Of a DNA stretch of 64,000 nucleotides, positions 40,253 to 51,572 are shown in pieces (position 1 is the first letter of the stretch; each line of letters starts with the position of its first letter). The position numbers were made by a program, and so were the translations under genes. This stretch comes from Marsupella aquatica (lineage: Eukaryota > Plantae > Marchantiophyta), in NCBI GenBank assembly GCA_973895155.1, contig OZ316896.1, positions 19,084,754 through 19,148,753 of the forward strand, given 5' to 3'. Below the pieces are notes generated by a model. That model worked only from the letters and a program-made list of their open reading frames with translations. It searched no databases and had not been told where the DNA came from.

Positions 40253-41844
40253 ATGGCTGAGACTTCTGGGAGCAAGAAGGACCTCGCAGAGACTGCTGGT
40301 CGGGAGAAAGTGATCAAACTGGCACTAAACGGACTCGGGTGGGACATTCTGAACCTCCTTGATTTTGAAATGGAAATCTACCCCGAATCGAACATAGGGA
40401 AAGCACGGTTTGTTGTCAACGAGTATTCTTGCCAGGTGCGTGGGTCTCTCTCTTAGGCGTTTTGTTGTACTACCTGTCAATTTGTGTCTGGGTCGCTGCA
40501 GATCACTTGACACCTCGGCATAAATGTTTCCTGGGTTTTATGAATTCCTGGAGCCTGGCGTTCAAGGGTTGCGATGAGGAGTGTGGACTGCAGTTCGCAA
40601 ACTCTGCGTTTCACAGACCTTATTGTTGAGCGTCGTGCTTGGAGAAGATGTTGGGACAGAACGGATCCTGACTTTAGTATGCATGTGCGCCGCAGCCATT
40701 CGGGGTTCTTCAAGCGGGAACAACAGGTTATGTTGCTGACACCATTGCCAGCTTGATGACAGCATATACATCCCAATTTCAGCGTGTGGCTGCGTTGGAG
40801 CACAACGTAAATCACCTTCGACCAGTACAAATAGGCAAAGAAATTCTGATAACAGTCTCACCGCTGTTGTTGGGAAACAGGTCACAGGTACGATTTGCAG
40901 CACAGGAATGTTTTCCTTCTCCTTTTTCAGTCCTCTCACCTTCGAGTGGCTAAAAGTCTGTCTCGCGTACTCTTGACTGTCGTTTCAATTCTCCATCATG
41001 CAATTCTTTTCTATGGTTTCTTAAAGACTGTCCATGAAACGAAATGTAGCAAGGGGCCGACACGTAGGATTCCTCCACTTCTTCCTGGTAGCAAGACACT
41101 GACTAAGATATCATAATCTAAATGTTTCAGACTCTCTGAAATTTATAGTCGGACATCCATGAAGGTATGCCTGCACAAGTAAGGAAGACTTAAACAGGAA
41201 GGTAAGGATTCATAGATATCCAAAGGTTAGAATTCTGCATACCGCTCGTGTTCATGACTGTGACTTAAACAGGAAAGTAAGGATTCATAGATATCCAAAG
41301 GTTAGAATTCTGCACCCGCTCGTGTTCATGACTCACTTAAACCGGAAAGTAAGGATTCATAGATATCCAAAGGTTAGAGTTCTGCATACCGCTCTTGACT
41401 CTGCTAAGCAAACACCTGCTTGTACTTCAGAAATTAACCACACTGTAAACTTGTTTCTCCACATCTGGGTTACGCTTTTTGAGGTTGTGCTCATGGTTTT
41501 GGCCGCAGTACGTTCTGGCCACATGAGCATAATTTGGTCTCCACCTTGAAATGGTATTAGTAGTTATTTTACCAAAGGCTTCAATATTTTCTTTGGCTTT
41601 CTTACCATCTTTCTGTTGTGAACTTCTGGGCTGGGGTCAGGTTTGGGATGTAAGATTTGAGACTGAAAACGCTAAGCCGCCGGGAAGTGATTCCAAAACG
41701 CCGGAGCTAGTACTCGTTGCAATATCGAGAATATCTATCATGATCCTTCCAACAGACGAAAAATATGCTGCAACAAGGGGCATACATGATACGTTTGGGG
41801 GTAAGGCCAACACCTCCAGATATCTTAGTACTGCCATTTTATAG
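40253..41844 (+). CDS. Hotdog-fold acyl-CoA thioesterase, DHNAT/PaaI-like, 3 exons, ~192 aa
   Basis: Exons 40253-40435, 40696-40887 and 41641-41844 (GT-AG, phase 0). Spliced product ...FVVNEYSCQPFGVLQAGTTGYVADTIAS...RVAALEHNVNHLRPVQIG...LLGNRSQVWDVRF parallels plant DHNAT (CQPFKVLHGG...SINHL...QVWEV). Confidence 0.8.
41187..41395. repeat. Three ~73-75-bp tandem units in thioesterase intron 2
   Basis: GTAAGGATTCATAGATATCCAAAGGTTAGA.TTCTGCA occurs three times. Confidence 0.9.
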
Positions 41845-44800
41845 ATGCCGTAGGTCAACGTCTTTCATTCCTAACCTCAAATATTGTCCTGGATGCAGGT
41901 GTGACGTTTATGAAAACCTGAAATAGCAATACCTAGCTAATGGGGTGGTGAGTTCAATGGCACTTTTAACAGAATTCTGATTGCAGTGGCTGGAGTAAAT
42001 CTTCTCTTACGACGATGGCATCGTAACTTGAGGACATCTCGGTTCACAGGAAGGCTGCTAAGCATGCCCAGTGGTGCAAGCAGCTTTGCCAAATCCTTCC
42101 CCAGCCCCGCTTCTTGTATCTTCCTCAATTGAGAGGTGGATGTGTATACCGAATAAATCTGTTTTTTCTCCCGTTTCCGCCAGATCACAGAGCAAGTCAC
42201 CAAACTCAATTGCAATTATCGTTGACATCCCTGACTTTTGGCGATTGGCCTGTCTTGCTATTATTCTATGGGACAGGGTCTTAATTATGAGCGACCTAGG
42301 AGCTCCGGGTGCCGTTTGATAAATGGCACAACGTACTGTCAGTCTCGATGACCAAGCCGGTTGTGTTTGAAGATCTGCTCGATTACAAACCAACCGATGT
42401 TGTTTATTTTGCACCTTGTTTACTTCCCAAAGTAGCAATTTCAAAGGCTTGGCAATCATAAAGACTGTGAACTAGGTATTTTCTCCTTACAGTTGAACTG
42501 TTACTGCTTCAAAGTTCCAACGATGGCAGATTTGTAGCTGGTCTCTCGTTGGATGAGATCAATTTCCCTTTGATGCCAACCTACTAAACAATTGCGAGAG
42601 AGGGAATAATGTTTGATGACAGAAAGGTTGAGATCATCCTCATTCCAAGGCTGAAAGGAGCTTTGAAGATGCTGAGGATGTGCACTTCTACTACCTCTAA
42701 TTTGTACGTCAAAATTGCCCTTATGTCAGCTTGGAAGTCAGAGGCTTGAGGAACAAGGTTCACTTGGAAAGTTTACAAGATACCCATGACTTTGCTCTGT
42801 TAAACCATATCGGCCATGCCCAACGTTTTCGCCAACAACGTTGACATCAGACTTATGTATTGGCCGTGATGGAAGCGTCTTTGGAGAGTGAAAGAGCGTT
42901 GACAACATTTCGTTCAAACAGATACGCCTGATTTCGCTAGTCACAGCAGGACCAATAAGTGAATTGTGGAAATAATTAGAAAAAACTTGCCTGGGGTAGC
43001 ATCCAACAAAGCTACACCAGCGGACTACTGATCTCCAGCCCTCCCAATGCTTAAGTTGTATGTTGACATATTTCTCCTCGGAGATTAAACTTGACAGCCA
43101 GTGTGACATCTCTTATGAGGTTTGCCCTTCAACAAAACAAGTCATATGTGTTGGACCAGGCTGATTTCCCAGCGCAAGTGTGTCAATAGCAGAACGCTGC
43201 TTTGCATGCAAGACGCGTTCTGGTTTTCTGACCGAAGGTCGACATTTGGTGTGGGGCGGAAGCGCATACTATGTCAAGTCGTTCTGGCATGTACAGTTCA
43301 CTGTGCACCGCAATTTGTGTGACACCAACACTAGTGCGACTCACACTAATTTGTGTCCAAAGCAGTTTTTTACAGGAATCACACTAACTGCCTGCCTATG
43401 TTAAGTCAAACTATTTACAGGCTTATGAAAACACCCTTTCCTGGCTTATACAAGTCATGATAAAAGAACATCGAAGTTGACAAGATACCACATAGGATCA
43501 TGATTGCGATATTCAAGATAGTTGACCACTAGAGCAGTGCAATATTGCGTATGAAAGGACTATTTACTGGCTTATGAAAGTCATGAAAAAACAACAATCT
43601 GAGTAGACAAGACACCACACAAGAGCATGATTGCAGTATTCAAGATAGTTTCAAGATAGCTGACGGCCAGAGCACTGCAAATTCAATGCTGGGTGTCAAA
43701 TCAATTTCTCAAAGTGACTGAGGCTTTAATTACAGATTTGGACACATACCCACTCAGAGATGTTTATTTGCTTATACCCCTGCAATGCTTTCCTACTGGG
43801 GAGCTCTATCCTAAAACTCTCACAAGGTTTGCAGCAATTGTCTTGCGTTCTCTCATCCCTATGCCTCCAAACAAGGTGGCCCTCATGGTTGCACCATCGA
43901 CCCTCTGATTTCTTAGTTTTGTATTCTCTGCTGTATGTTGTGTTTCTCCATGCTCTCATATTCAATTGTACAAAATAGCCTTGGCAGTAATTGTATCAAA
44001 AGTGACTGAGTAAATCAATTCGTCAAGTCATTTGCTTAGAGAATGTTGTCACTAAATTTAGGGAAGCTTATTCTGATTTTTCTGATTTAAGCTTATCTGA
44101 TATTAAATTTAGGGAGCTTAACATTAGCTAACAAAAACGGAAGCTGGCGAACGTTCACATATGAAGTGCAAAAGAGGAACTCAACTGGTCAACTGGAAGG
44201 GCGTCTGGCCTATACAGCTTGAATATTAAGACCATGATCAAGCTGATTGCTGCATAGGCAAATAAGAAGGCAAAGTAGATGGCTGTGAAATTGGGCAGAA
44301 AGCAACCATCTTATGACCACAATTGAGGGAATGTTCAGCCTTCGCGGCCAGATACTCTTTTTAGAGTCATGCAACTTGGGGTCGGCCAGCTTTGGCTTAT
44401 ACCAACCATGACGCTGATTCATGCAAGTGATCCGAAAACCAGGAAACAATTGGACGATGTGAGAGCCACCCTTCCTAGGGCAATGTCAGACCGTCCGTCC
44501 ATTCTCAAGCAAGGTATCTTCATATGCCTCTCTGACACTGGCCAAACCTAATTCCCTTTTTCTATTAGGAGAGAACCAATTGGGCCAAAATTTTCTACTC
44601 CTTACAATACTCTAAGTTAGACGTTGAGAAAACGTACTCATGTGACCACAATTCAGGAATGTCGAGTCTGTCGGGAGGTCTGTGCAACCAGAAGTTCGTT
44701 TGAATAGTCTTGCTCCTTGGGGCCTGGCAGCTTTTGATTATGACAAAAGCTTTGAATGAGGGTGTAACAGTTTTTCTCAGATATTGGTCAACGGCACACT

Positions 44801-44964
44801 GTACTCTCAAGAAGGAGATCCTGTTCACTGTTAGTTTGGCAACGCTAGTAGAGCAATCAGAAGCATTTTTGAATGAAAGTGAGCTAGAGCAAACACCTGT
44901 GAACCACAAATGTTGGAGTGAGGGATGTTCTTGCAGCCATGAGTCCCAGCCGTGGCTTTTTTAA

Positions 44965-45600
44965 GGCTCTCAACAATTCTCACTTGAAGAGTTCAGCAAC
45001 TTATGTCATCTGGTCTGTCCATTGATTAGTCAGAATGCAAGGTCAACTGGCATGGATCATGTGACACAAATTAAGTGCCCCATGAAGCTGAATTCAAAGC
45101 AAAGATTGCTCAATTCCATTCTCTTCATGAGACATAACATTGTGATTTTTCAGGCATTCTGTTGGAATTGGGCAAGGAGTTCAATCTCTAATGACCAGAT
45201 CTTTGTTACTTCCTGTATCAAACAAGCTTGCAAACAAGCAATTGCAAACAAAATCAGGTGGCCAGATTGAGGATTTTAGGCACACACGTTCCAGCTTTTC
45301 AAGGATGCATAGAATCATTGATGGAACTCTCATGAAGATCATTGGCCAGAACATGAAAACAATTATACTTGGTTCAATAGCCAGAAGAAAATGTAAGATC
45401 AAGGTTATTCCTGTCTCCTGGAGATTGGAAAGCAGGCAGGAATGACCTTGATCTTCCCCATTCATTTCCCCAATAAACTTGTAAAGTTGGCTGTGTCCAG
45501 CTGTTGGATAGTTCTTTAAATAGTTCCATGCATGCTACAAGACAGTGGGGGCCGTTCAATGTCTTTCCATCCAAAGCAAAGCCGATGGCCATTTCCTTAC
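44965..45600 (+). mobile_element. Highly degenerate L1-type LINE ORF2 (RT) remnant
   Basis: Frameshifted fragments in L1 RT order: QFSLEEF...STGMD (cf. PFSxEE...KSPGxDG), RSLLLPVSNKL/AIANKIR (cf. RPISLLxxxYKILAKxLANRL), RIIDGTL (cf. GRxIxDNIL) and RQWGP (cf. RQGxP). Confidence 0.45.
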
Positions 45601-45785
45601 ACAAATGTTAAAATGTCTGAGCCTTCTGGACGTAATCAATGCAATTCCCTGAAAAAAAGCTGCCGTTTGCTCCAGGTTTTTAGACTACCTTGTTTTTGAC
45701 CAAAAAAGAGCTTGCACACATCAGCCAAAAAGGGAGCAACAAGGGGCCCACCAAGAGACTAGGTGTGGTAATGGTTTTGTTTCAT

Positions 45786-46465
45786 TGTGCCCCCAAGTTC
45801 ATGTAAAGTGAAGTTTGGCCAGTTCCCACATATGAATAGCTAGGATTGCATCTCTCACTTAGTTAGAAAAAAGGAATTGTTGCCCCCAAGTTCTTGTAAA
45901 GCCAACCTAACTAAGGGGGACTTTACAAGACGTTGGGAGCACTTGAGAGTTTTTTTCACCAAAGCAAACTGGAGGGCCATTGCACACACTAAATAACATT
46001 TTTTGAATCCTTTTATTGCCCCCCCCCCCCCCCCCCCCCCCCCCAAGGTCTTGTAAAGCCAAGTGCAGCCAGTGGTGCCAGATTAATTAACTAAAAGACA
46101 GATTGAGGACCCACTCCACTTGAATGTCACATAGTCTTTGGCTAAAGTCTTTCTAGATGTGAGAATAGAAATCTTATGAAGGACTTGTGAGTCCCTTTTT
46201 AATGAAATTGCCTTAAAATAGAAATAGACCAAGAGGCCATAAAAAGAGACCTCCAAGAGAGGTGGTATAAAATCTAGGACAAGAGAGTGCTCCACATAAG
46301 CAAAAATTGGGCCCCACTATATTCAATGTAGGATTGGTAACAGGTTTGGTTGAAAGTGCCCCCAACATTTTGTAAAGTGAACAGGAGCAATTTCTCCCAA
46401 ATGGATGGCTAGCTTTGATCAGATGAACAAAACTGGAAAGTGCCCCATCGTCTTGTAAAACCACC
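45786..46465. repeat. Dispersed ~20-bp motif GCCCCCAAGxTCTTGTAAAG, one copy with a 26-nt poly-C
   Basis: Copies at ~45789, 45882, 46018 (C-run 46019-46044), 46358 and 46442, plus an inverted copy at ~45921. Confidence 0.6.
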
Positions 46466-47844
46466 CTAAGATTCCAACTAGAAAGATTGAAGCTGTCGGG
46501 AGGACAAGACAAGAATCCCAGCTACCACACATATTGCCAATTGTTAGTTTAATTGATCACCTGGATATAGATAATAATTGACAAGTTGTTGTCTCAAACC
46601 AATCTGATCCAATCAGATTAATGTACAGTAGTTGGTTGCATCTGAGACCTTATCTTGTCAATTATATCTGAGATCTTGCTGTTTGATGCTCTTCACCAAG
46701 AATTGTTTCCCCATAACCCTCAATTCAGGAGGTGTAGGGAAATATACCCTTGGGCCCTTCACTGTTTCCACCTCTGCCAAGTTGCAGAGATAATCTGTCA
46801 CAGACAAGACAGGATTCCACAATTCCTACAATTCCAATCTGATTCTCTAGCTTGAGTAGCTATATATAAAGTTGTTAAACCGTTATTCAAAAAATACATT
46901 TTCCACAATTCCTACTGTACATTCCAGTCCGATTCTCTAGCTTGAGGCTATATATGAAGTTGTTAAACCCTTATACATAAAATCAAATTTTACCCAAGGT
47001 TGTGTATTTGGATTCAACTCCACGCCAACAAGGGTAAAAAAAAAAGGAGATCAGTCTCCATAGAAGCTCAGGTCAAAGCTCTCCTAGTATTTTTTATGTT
47101 TTCTCTAATTGTAATCCCCTGGTGGCATTTAGACTATGTACATGAAGCCACAAATACTAGTGTCAAATCTACCTTTTTTATATCCTCGTTTTTTGCAAAA
47201 GACTAAATTAAGATAGCTGCCGTTGATGAAAAATATGGCTGCCGTTGATGAAAAATAATGGTGACTGCATTCTAGTGATTTCTCGCCTGTACACTCACCT
47301 CAATGTAAGATTAAATTGCCATCAGTTTAGACAAAGATAAGATAGTAAAGTCTGGACAGTAGGCACATGGCCTCCACCCCAACATCAATTATAGCCAGAT
47401 AAATATATAGTTACTTCTGATTTACTCTCACATACATATTTACGGACCCCCATGAGAAGTCCCTTGCAAATTCCCCGGCTCCAGGATGCGCCATGTCAGC
47501 AACATCTGCACAAAACAACCGGGGAAACAAGATGAGTCACGTTTGTGCATTGAATAACCTCCTCTCCATCTTGTTTACGTTAATTTCTGCTTAATTTTAG
47601 GGATGCCATGCTATCAAAACATAGTGTAAGAATACTTAAAAGTAATTCATCCAAAGCAGGATCCAAAGCTATTGATACAAAGGACGAGATTTGTAAATTA
47701 AAAATATAAAAAAAAAGTGCTCAACATTAAAAGTAACCAGTAAAATGCATTAACTCCATTGGCTACCTAGAGGAAAGGAAAGAGCCAGGGGATCCACGAA
47801 CTAATTGCTTTTTAAGGATGAAACCGTCCATAATTTATAAGGGA

Positions 47845-48262
47845 TATCATGGAAACATGCATAGACCAATTTTTTGATAAATGTCTGACTCTGGCTCCTT
47901 ACTATTGGGACTTGCAATGGATGGAGTCAGTCCCTTTGCAGGTACGTAAGGGGCATTCTACCCTTGGAGCATGTGGCTTGTCATCATCAACACTTTCAAC
48001 TTAACTTGCCTCATACCTAGATTGGCCACCAAGCCTGAATCCCGGCCTGAACATTCTTGGTTGGTCATGCCACTGCCAGGTGAGGTATAGTTTGCAAGTT
48101 TTCTTCATCATCAGATTACAAAACACATTTTCTGCTAAGGATGGTTGTAATGGCTTCATGAACAGTTACAGGCCCAGGCCAGATCCCTTGAGAGGTTTTG
48201 GATGTTCACTCCCAACCTCTAGTTGACGAGCTACAGCTATTGTGGGCAGGGGTGGTGGGAAA
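47845..48262 (+). mobile_element. CACTA (En/Spm) transposase (Tnp2) remnant
   Basis: Translations WKH..., LLLGLAMDGVSPF...WSMWLVIINTFNL...LPG and PLVDELQLLWAGV match the Transposase_21 motifs LGLxxDGFNPF, WPVxxxxYNLPP and PLIDELxxLW; stops and frameshifts are present. Confidence 0.8.
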
Positions 48263-48930
48263 TACTTGTACCTTGTGTATTTCAAAACAAGAATAAAATG
48301 AATAGGGAGTGACGGGGGCTACCTACTATGTATGTCCTTTATATAAGTATTTTCAAATAAGAAGATTCTGAAAAATAGTCCTAGGGAGTACATCTGGTGG
48401 ACTCACATAAAAACCTCTAAATAATATTTCAAACTGCCAGAGGGCGCCCAACCTAGAGACAGCAAAAGACCCAATCAAGGGGGGGACCACCAAGGGGCCA
48501 AGAAAGGCTAGGAAGCATGTCTGAAGACCTCTCGGAACGATGTTGGAATTAAACAAGGAAAAACAATTCACACAGGTGACAAGGCAAGGTTGCATGATGG
48601 ACAAGGGACCCCAAGAAGTACACCTGAAAAAAGTGAGGGACTCCTCATGGATATGTTTACCGAGAGGGGCGGGCACATCAAGTCTTTTGCTGCCCAGAGA
48701 AATCTAGTGAGACGAGAAGTGGTCTGTCTCATGTTGTCTTGGCGACACTTGGCGATGTTTCTCGTCAAGAGGACCAAGTCTGACCAAGAGACTCCTACTG
48801 ACAATAGCCTTCTGAGGGTCTGCCACTGCCAAGAGACTCGAGACTTTGGTCTCACTAAGATGAAGCAACAGGACTAGTTGTGAGGAGTAATAGCTAATGA
48901 TCAGCTGAGCTTCTAAAGTTATAGGAGTAA

Positions 48931-49262
48931 GGTGACGACAGTTGCAAAATAAATAGTCGCACTAAGCTATAAATCCATCCACTGACCAGAAAAGGTAGCC
49001 TACTGTTGCTATCTCATGCTAGTCTCACATGCTCAATTCTGACCACTACCTGGCCTGTGAGCTAACTACCTAGCTAGTCATGCTAGGCCAGGAGCAAGGT
49101 GAATACAGTTGCAAAATATATAGGCACACCTACAGTTGCTATAGTCCATCCACCCATCCACCCATAAAAGGTAACTTACTGTAGCTTTCTCATGCTAGTT
49201 TCACACGCATAATTCTGACCAGTACTGGCTCATAAGGTAAACTACCTAGCTAGTCATGCTAG
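48931..49262. repeat. Diverged tandem duplication, ~167-bp unit
   Basis: ACAGTTGCAAAATA...AAAAGGTA..TACTGT...CTCATGCTAGT...ACTACCTAGCTAGTCATGCTAG occurs twice. Confidence 0.7.
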
Positions 49263-51572
49263 TCTCACATGCGTAGTTCTAACTATTTCTTAGTTAGCAC
49301 TAGCCTCAATGCCCATTCTTTCAATGTGAATGAAATTCATGTCATCATTTTCACATCATTCTACTAGTGGGTGGCTAGAGTTAGGATGTAAAGATTTCAC
49401 TATAGAAACCTAGACCCCAACTTTAACTTTCCTTTGTCCTTAATAAATACGATGATCATCCTCGATATGCTCCCTCGATCATCCTCGATATACTCACTTG
49501 TGCAAGAAAGTACAAACCCTTGAAAGCATTTTTAGCCAGACTCTCTCATGGTAGGCAAAAATTTGCCAAATTCCTTCTCACCAAAAACAATTTATCACTT
49601 TTGGCAAAACTTGTTACTATTTTTCTGTCTCATTAGCCAGTGTCCTACTTAATCACAGGCGCCATTAGCCAGAATCTGATTGTCATCCTTAAATCTAGAG
49701 AGATATGACAGTCAGGAAAGTAATCAAATAAGGAATATTTTGAGCATCTTCTCCTTCACACGATGGACATTGGCCACCCTGACTAAAAAGTAAAAATGCT
49801 AGCAAATAAGCTGGTAGACAAATGTGACGAAAAACAATTAAGGAAACATGGGCTCCTCATAACAATGATCAGCACAGATAAAATCTACAGTGCTACTATA
49901 ATAACTTATCCCCCAAAAAACATTCATCCTACTTTCACAAAATCAATAAAATGGGAACCAATCCTAACCCTTCACAAACAAAAAGATTTGTGAAAAACTA
50001 CCTTCATCCCCAAATCAAATGAGGGACCATTCAATGTTTGAGGTCCCTGTTATTTTCTTTGGTAAGGTGAGTACCTGTGACTGGGAATGATGAGCTTCAA
50101 GAAACGAAGACTCATCTCCCAACAAATCCTGGACCATGGTTTTTCAAGATGGAACAGGTCTAATCCCCCCTTATTCTGGATGAGAAGTTCAGAGACAAAA
50201 GCTTCAGATTCCATCATGGAAAATTTTGTTTCCCTAAGACATGATTATAATTTGGCAAGGTGTTTGGGACATGTGCTGAAATACCATTTTGTAAGCAAGA
50301 CATATTTAATTTACATCATTATAAGACTCCTTACTGTATGTGTCTAATATACAAAAGCTTCAGATTCCATGGCAAGTTTATGTACGTCAAACATGAATTA
50401 TACGTTCATTGCGAAGGTGTTTGCGCACATGGAAAATATGGGTAGTTTTTATGGGACATGTTACAGCATTATGAGACATTTCCCAAAATACACATAAAAT
50501 ACAAAGACAGTGTTTGGGATTCCCAAAATACACATAACATACAAAGACAGTGTTTGGGACGCTCACTGCATACCTCTCTGTTTGCAGGACATTTGACATT
50601 TTCACATGAGACATATACCATATTCATTCAATGCAGTAGCTATTCTGTTTCAGTCCTAATGAACATGTCATGGCATAACAGCAGGGTTAACTGTGTTTAA
50701 AATATTGCGTCTCAAACGCCATGATTGGCATAACAGCAGGTTTAACTGTGTTTAGAATATTGTGTCTCAAATGCCATATAGTGTATCTTGTCTCTTTCTT
50801 TGAATGAGTTTGATGATAACATTTTTGCAGCAAAAACCTAGCCAACTAACTATATATGGTAGATAGTCTCATGGTTCTTTACCATGATTGTCTTACCAAA
50901 ACTCTTATATATTCCATGCCAATAAAACACAAGAAAGCACAACTGGGAGGGGGAGGCCAGAGAAAAATAGGAAAAGGGCGTGGGGTGACGATCAAGGGGA
51001 AAGTGGATGGGGAAGGCACATGGATGGGAAATGGGGAGGCTTGATCCTGGACCCCTCCCTCCCGCCCATGTGTGGAAAAGTTTTCCCAGCCATCCACAAC
51101 CAATTACATTGCAATATTGGTTTTATGAGTAGCTCGTTGCACGTTGACTATTTCTAGCTTTTGCTTTTTGAGAAACGTAGATCTCGGCAACATTTAATAA
51201 CATCAGTCAATGATTGACCCTTATCATTGACTGCAATTACAATGAACGACAAAATTTGTTTTGTGCCCCTCAATTGAGACTTTGAGAGTGCAAGTACGTG
51301 TGTGCTCTAGAGGGCAACTGGCTACGGGTAACACCTAGCTTTTATACAGGTAACTATAACTCTTATATAGTTAGTTGTGGTTCATTAACGTGAAATGAAT
51401 TTGCGAACCTCTTGTAGTGATCGTCGCAATTTCAGCGTGCAACATGATCCCTTGCTAGCTGAAAATTTTAACCCACTTCCCTCGGGAGAATACTAGCTAT
51501 CGATCATCGCTCCTGTGCTGTTTTCCTAGTGAGAGCAACTCAGACAGTTCAAAGTACAAGGCGGAGCTCGAC

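Larger units (their letters stand above)
34927..44300. repeat. Segmental duplication, copy A (partner ~51396-60610)
   Basis: Colinear similarity from TGAATTT..GAACCTCTTG.AGTGATCGTCGCAATTTCAGCG through AZG and its 3' flank. Further blocks: ~38378-39236 to ~57280-58166 and ~42128-44300 to ~58168-60610. Confidence 0.9.

Noticed and set aside
45786-46465. CRISPR-like repeat-spacer array
   Set aside because: The repeats are degenerate, spacing is irregular, one copy is inverted, no cas genes are present and the context is eukaryotic.
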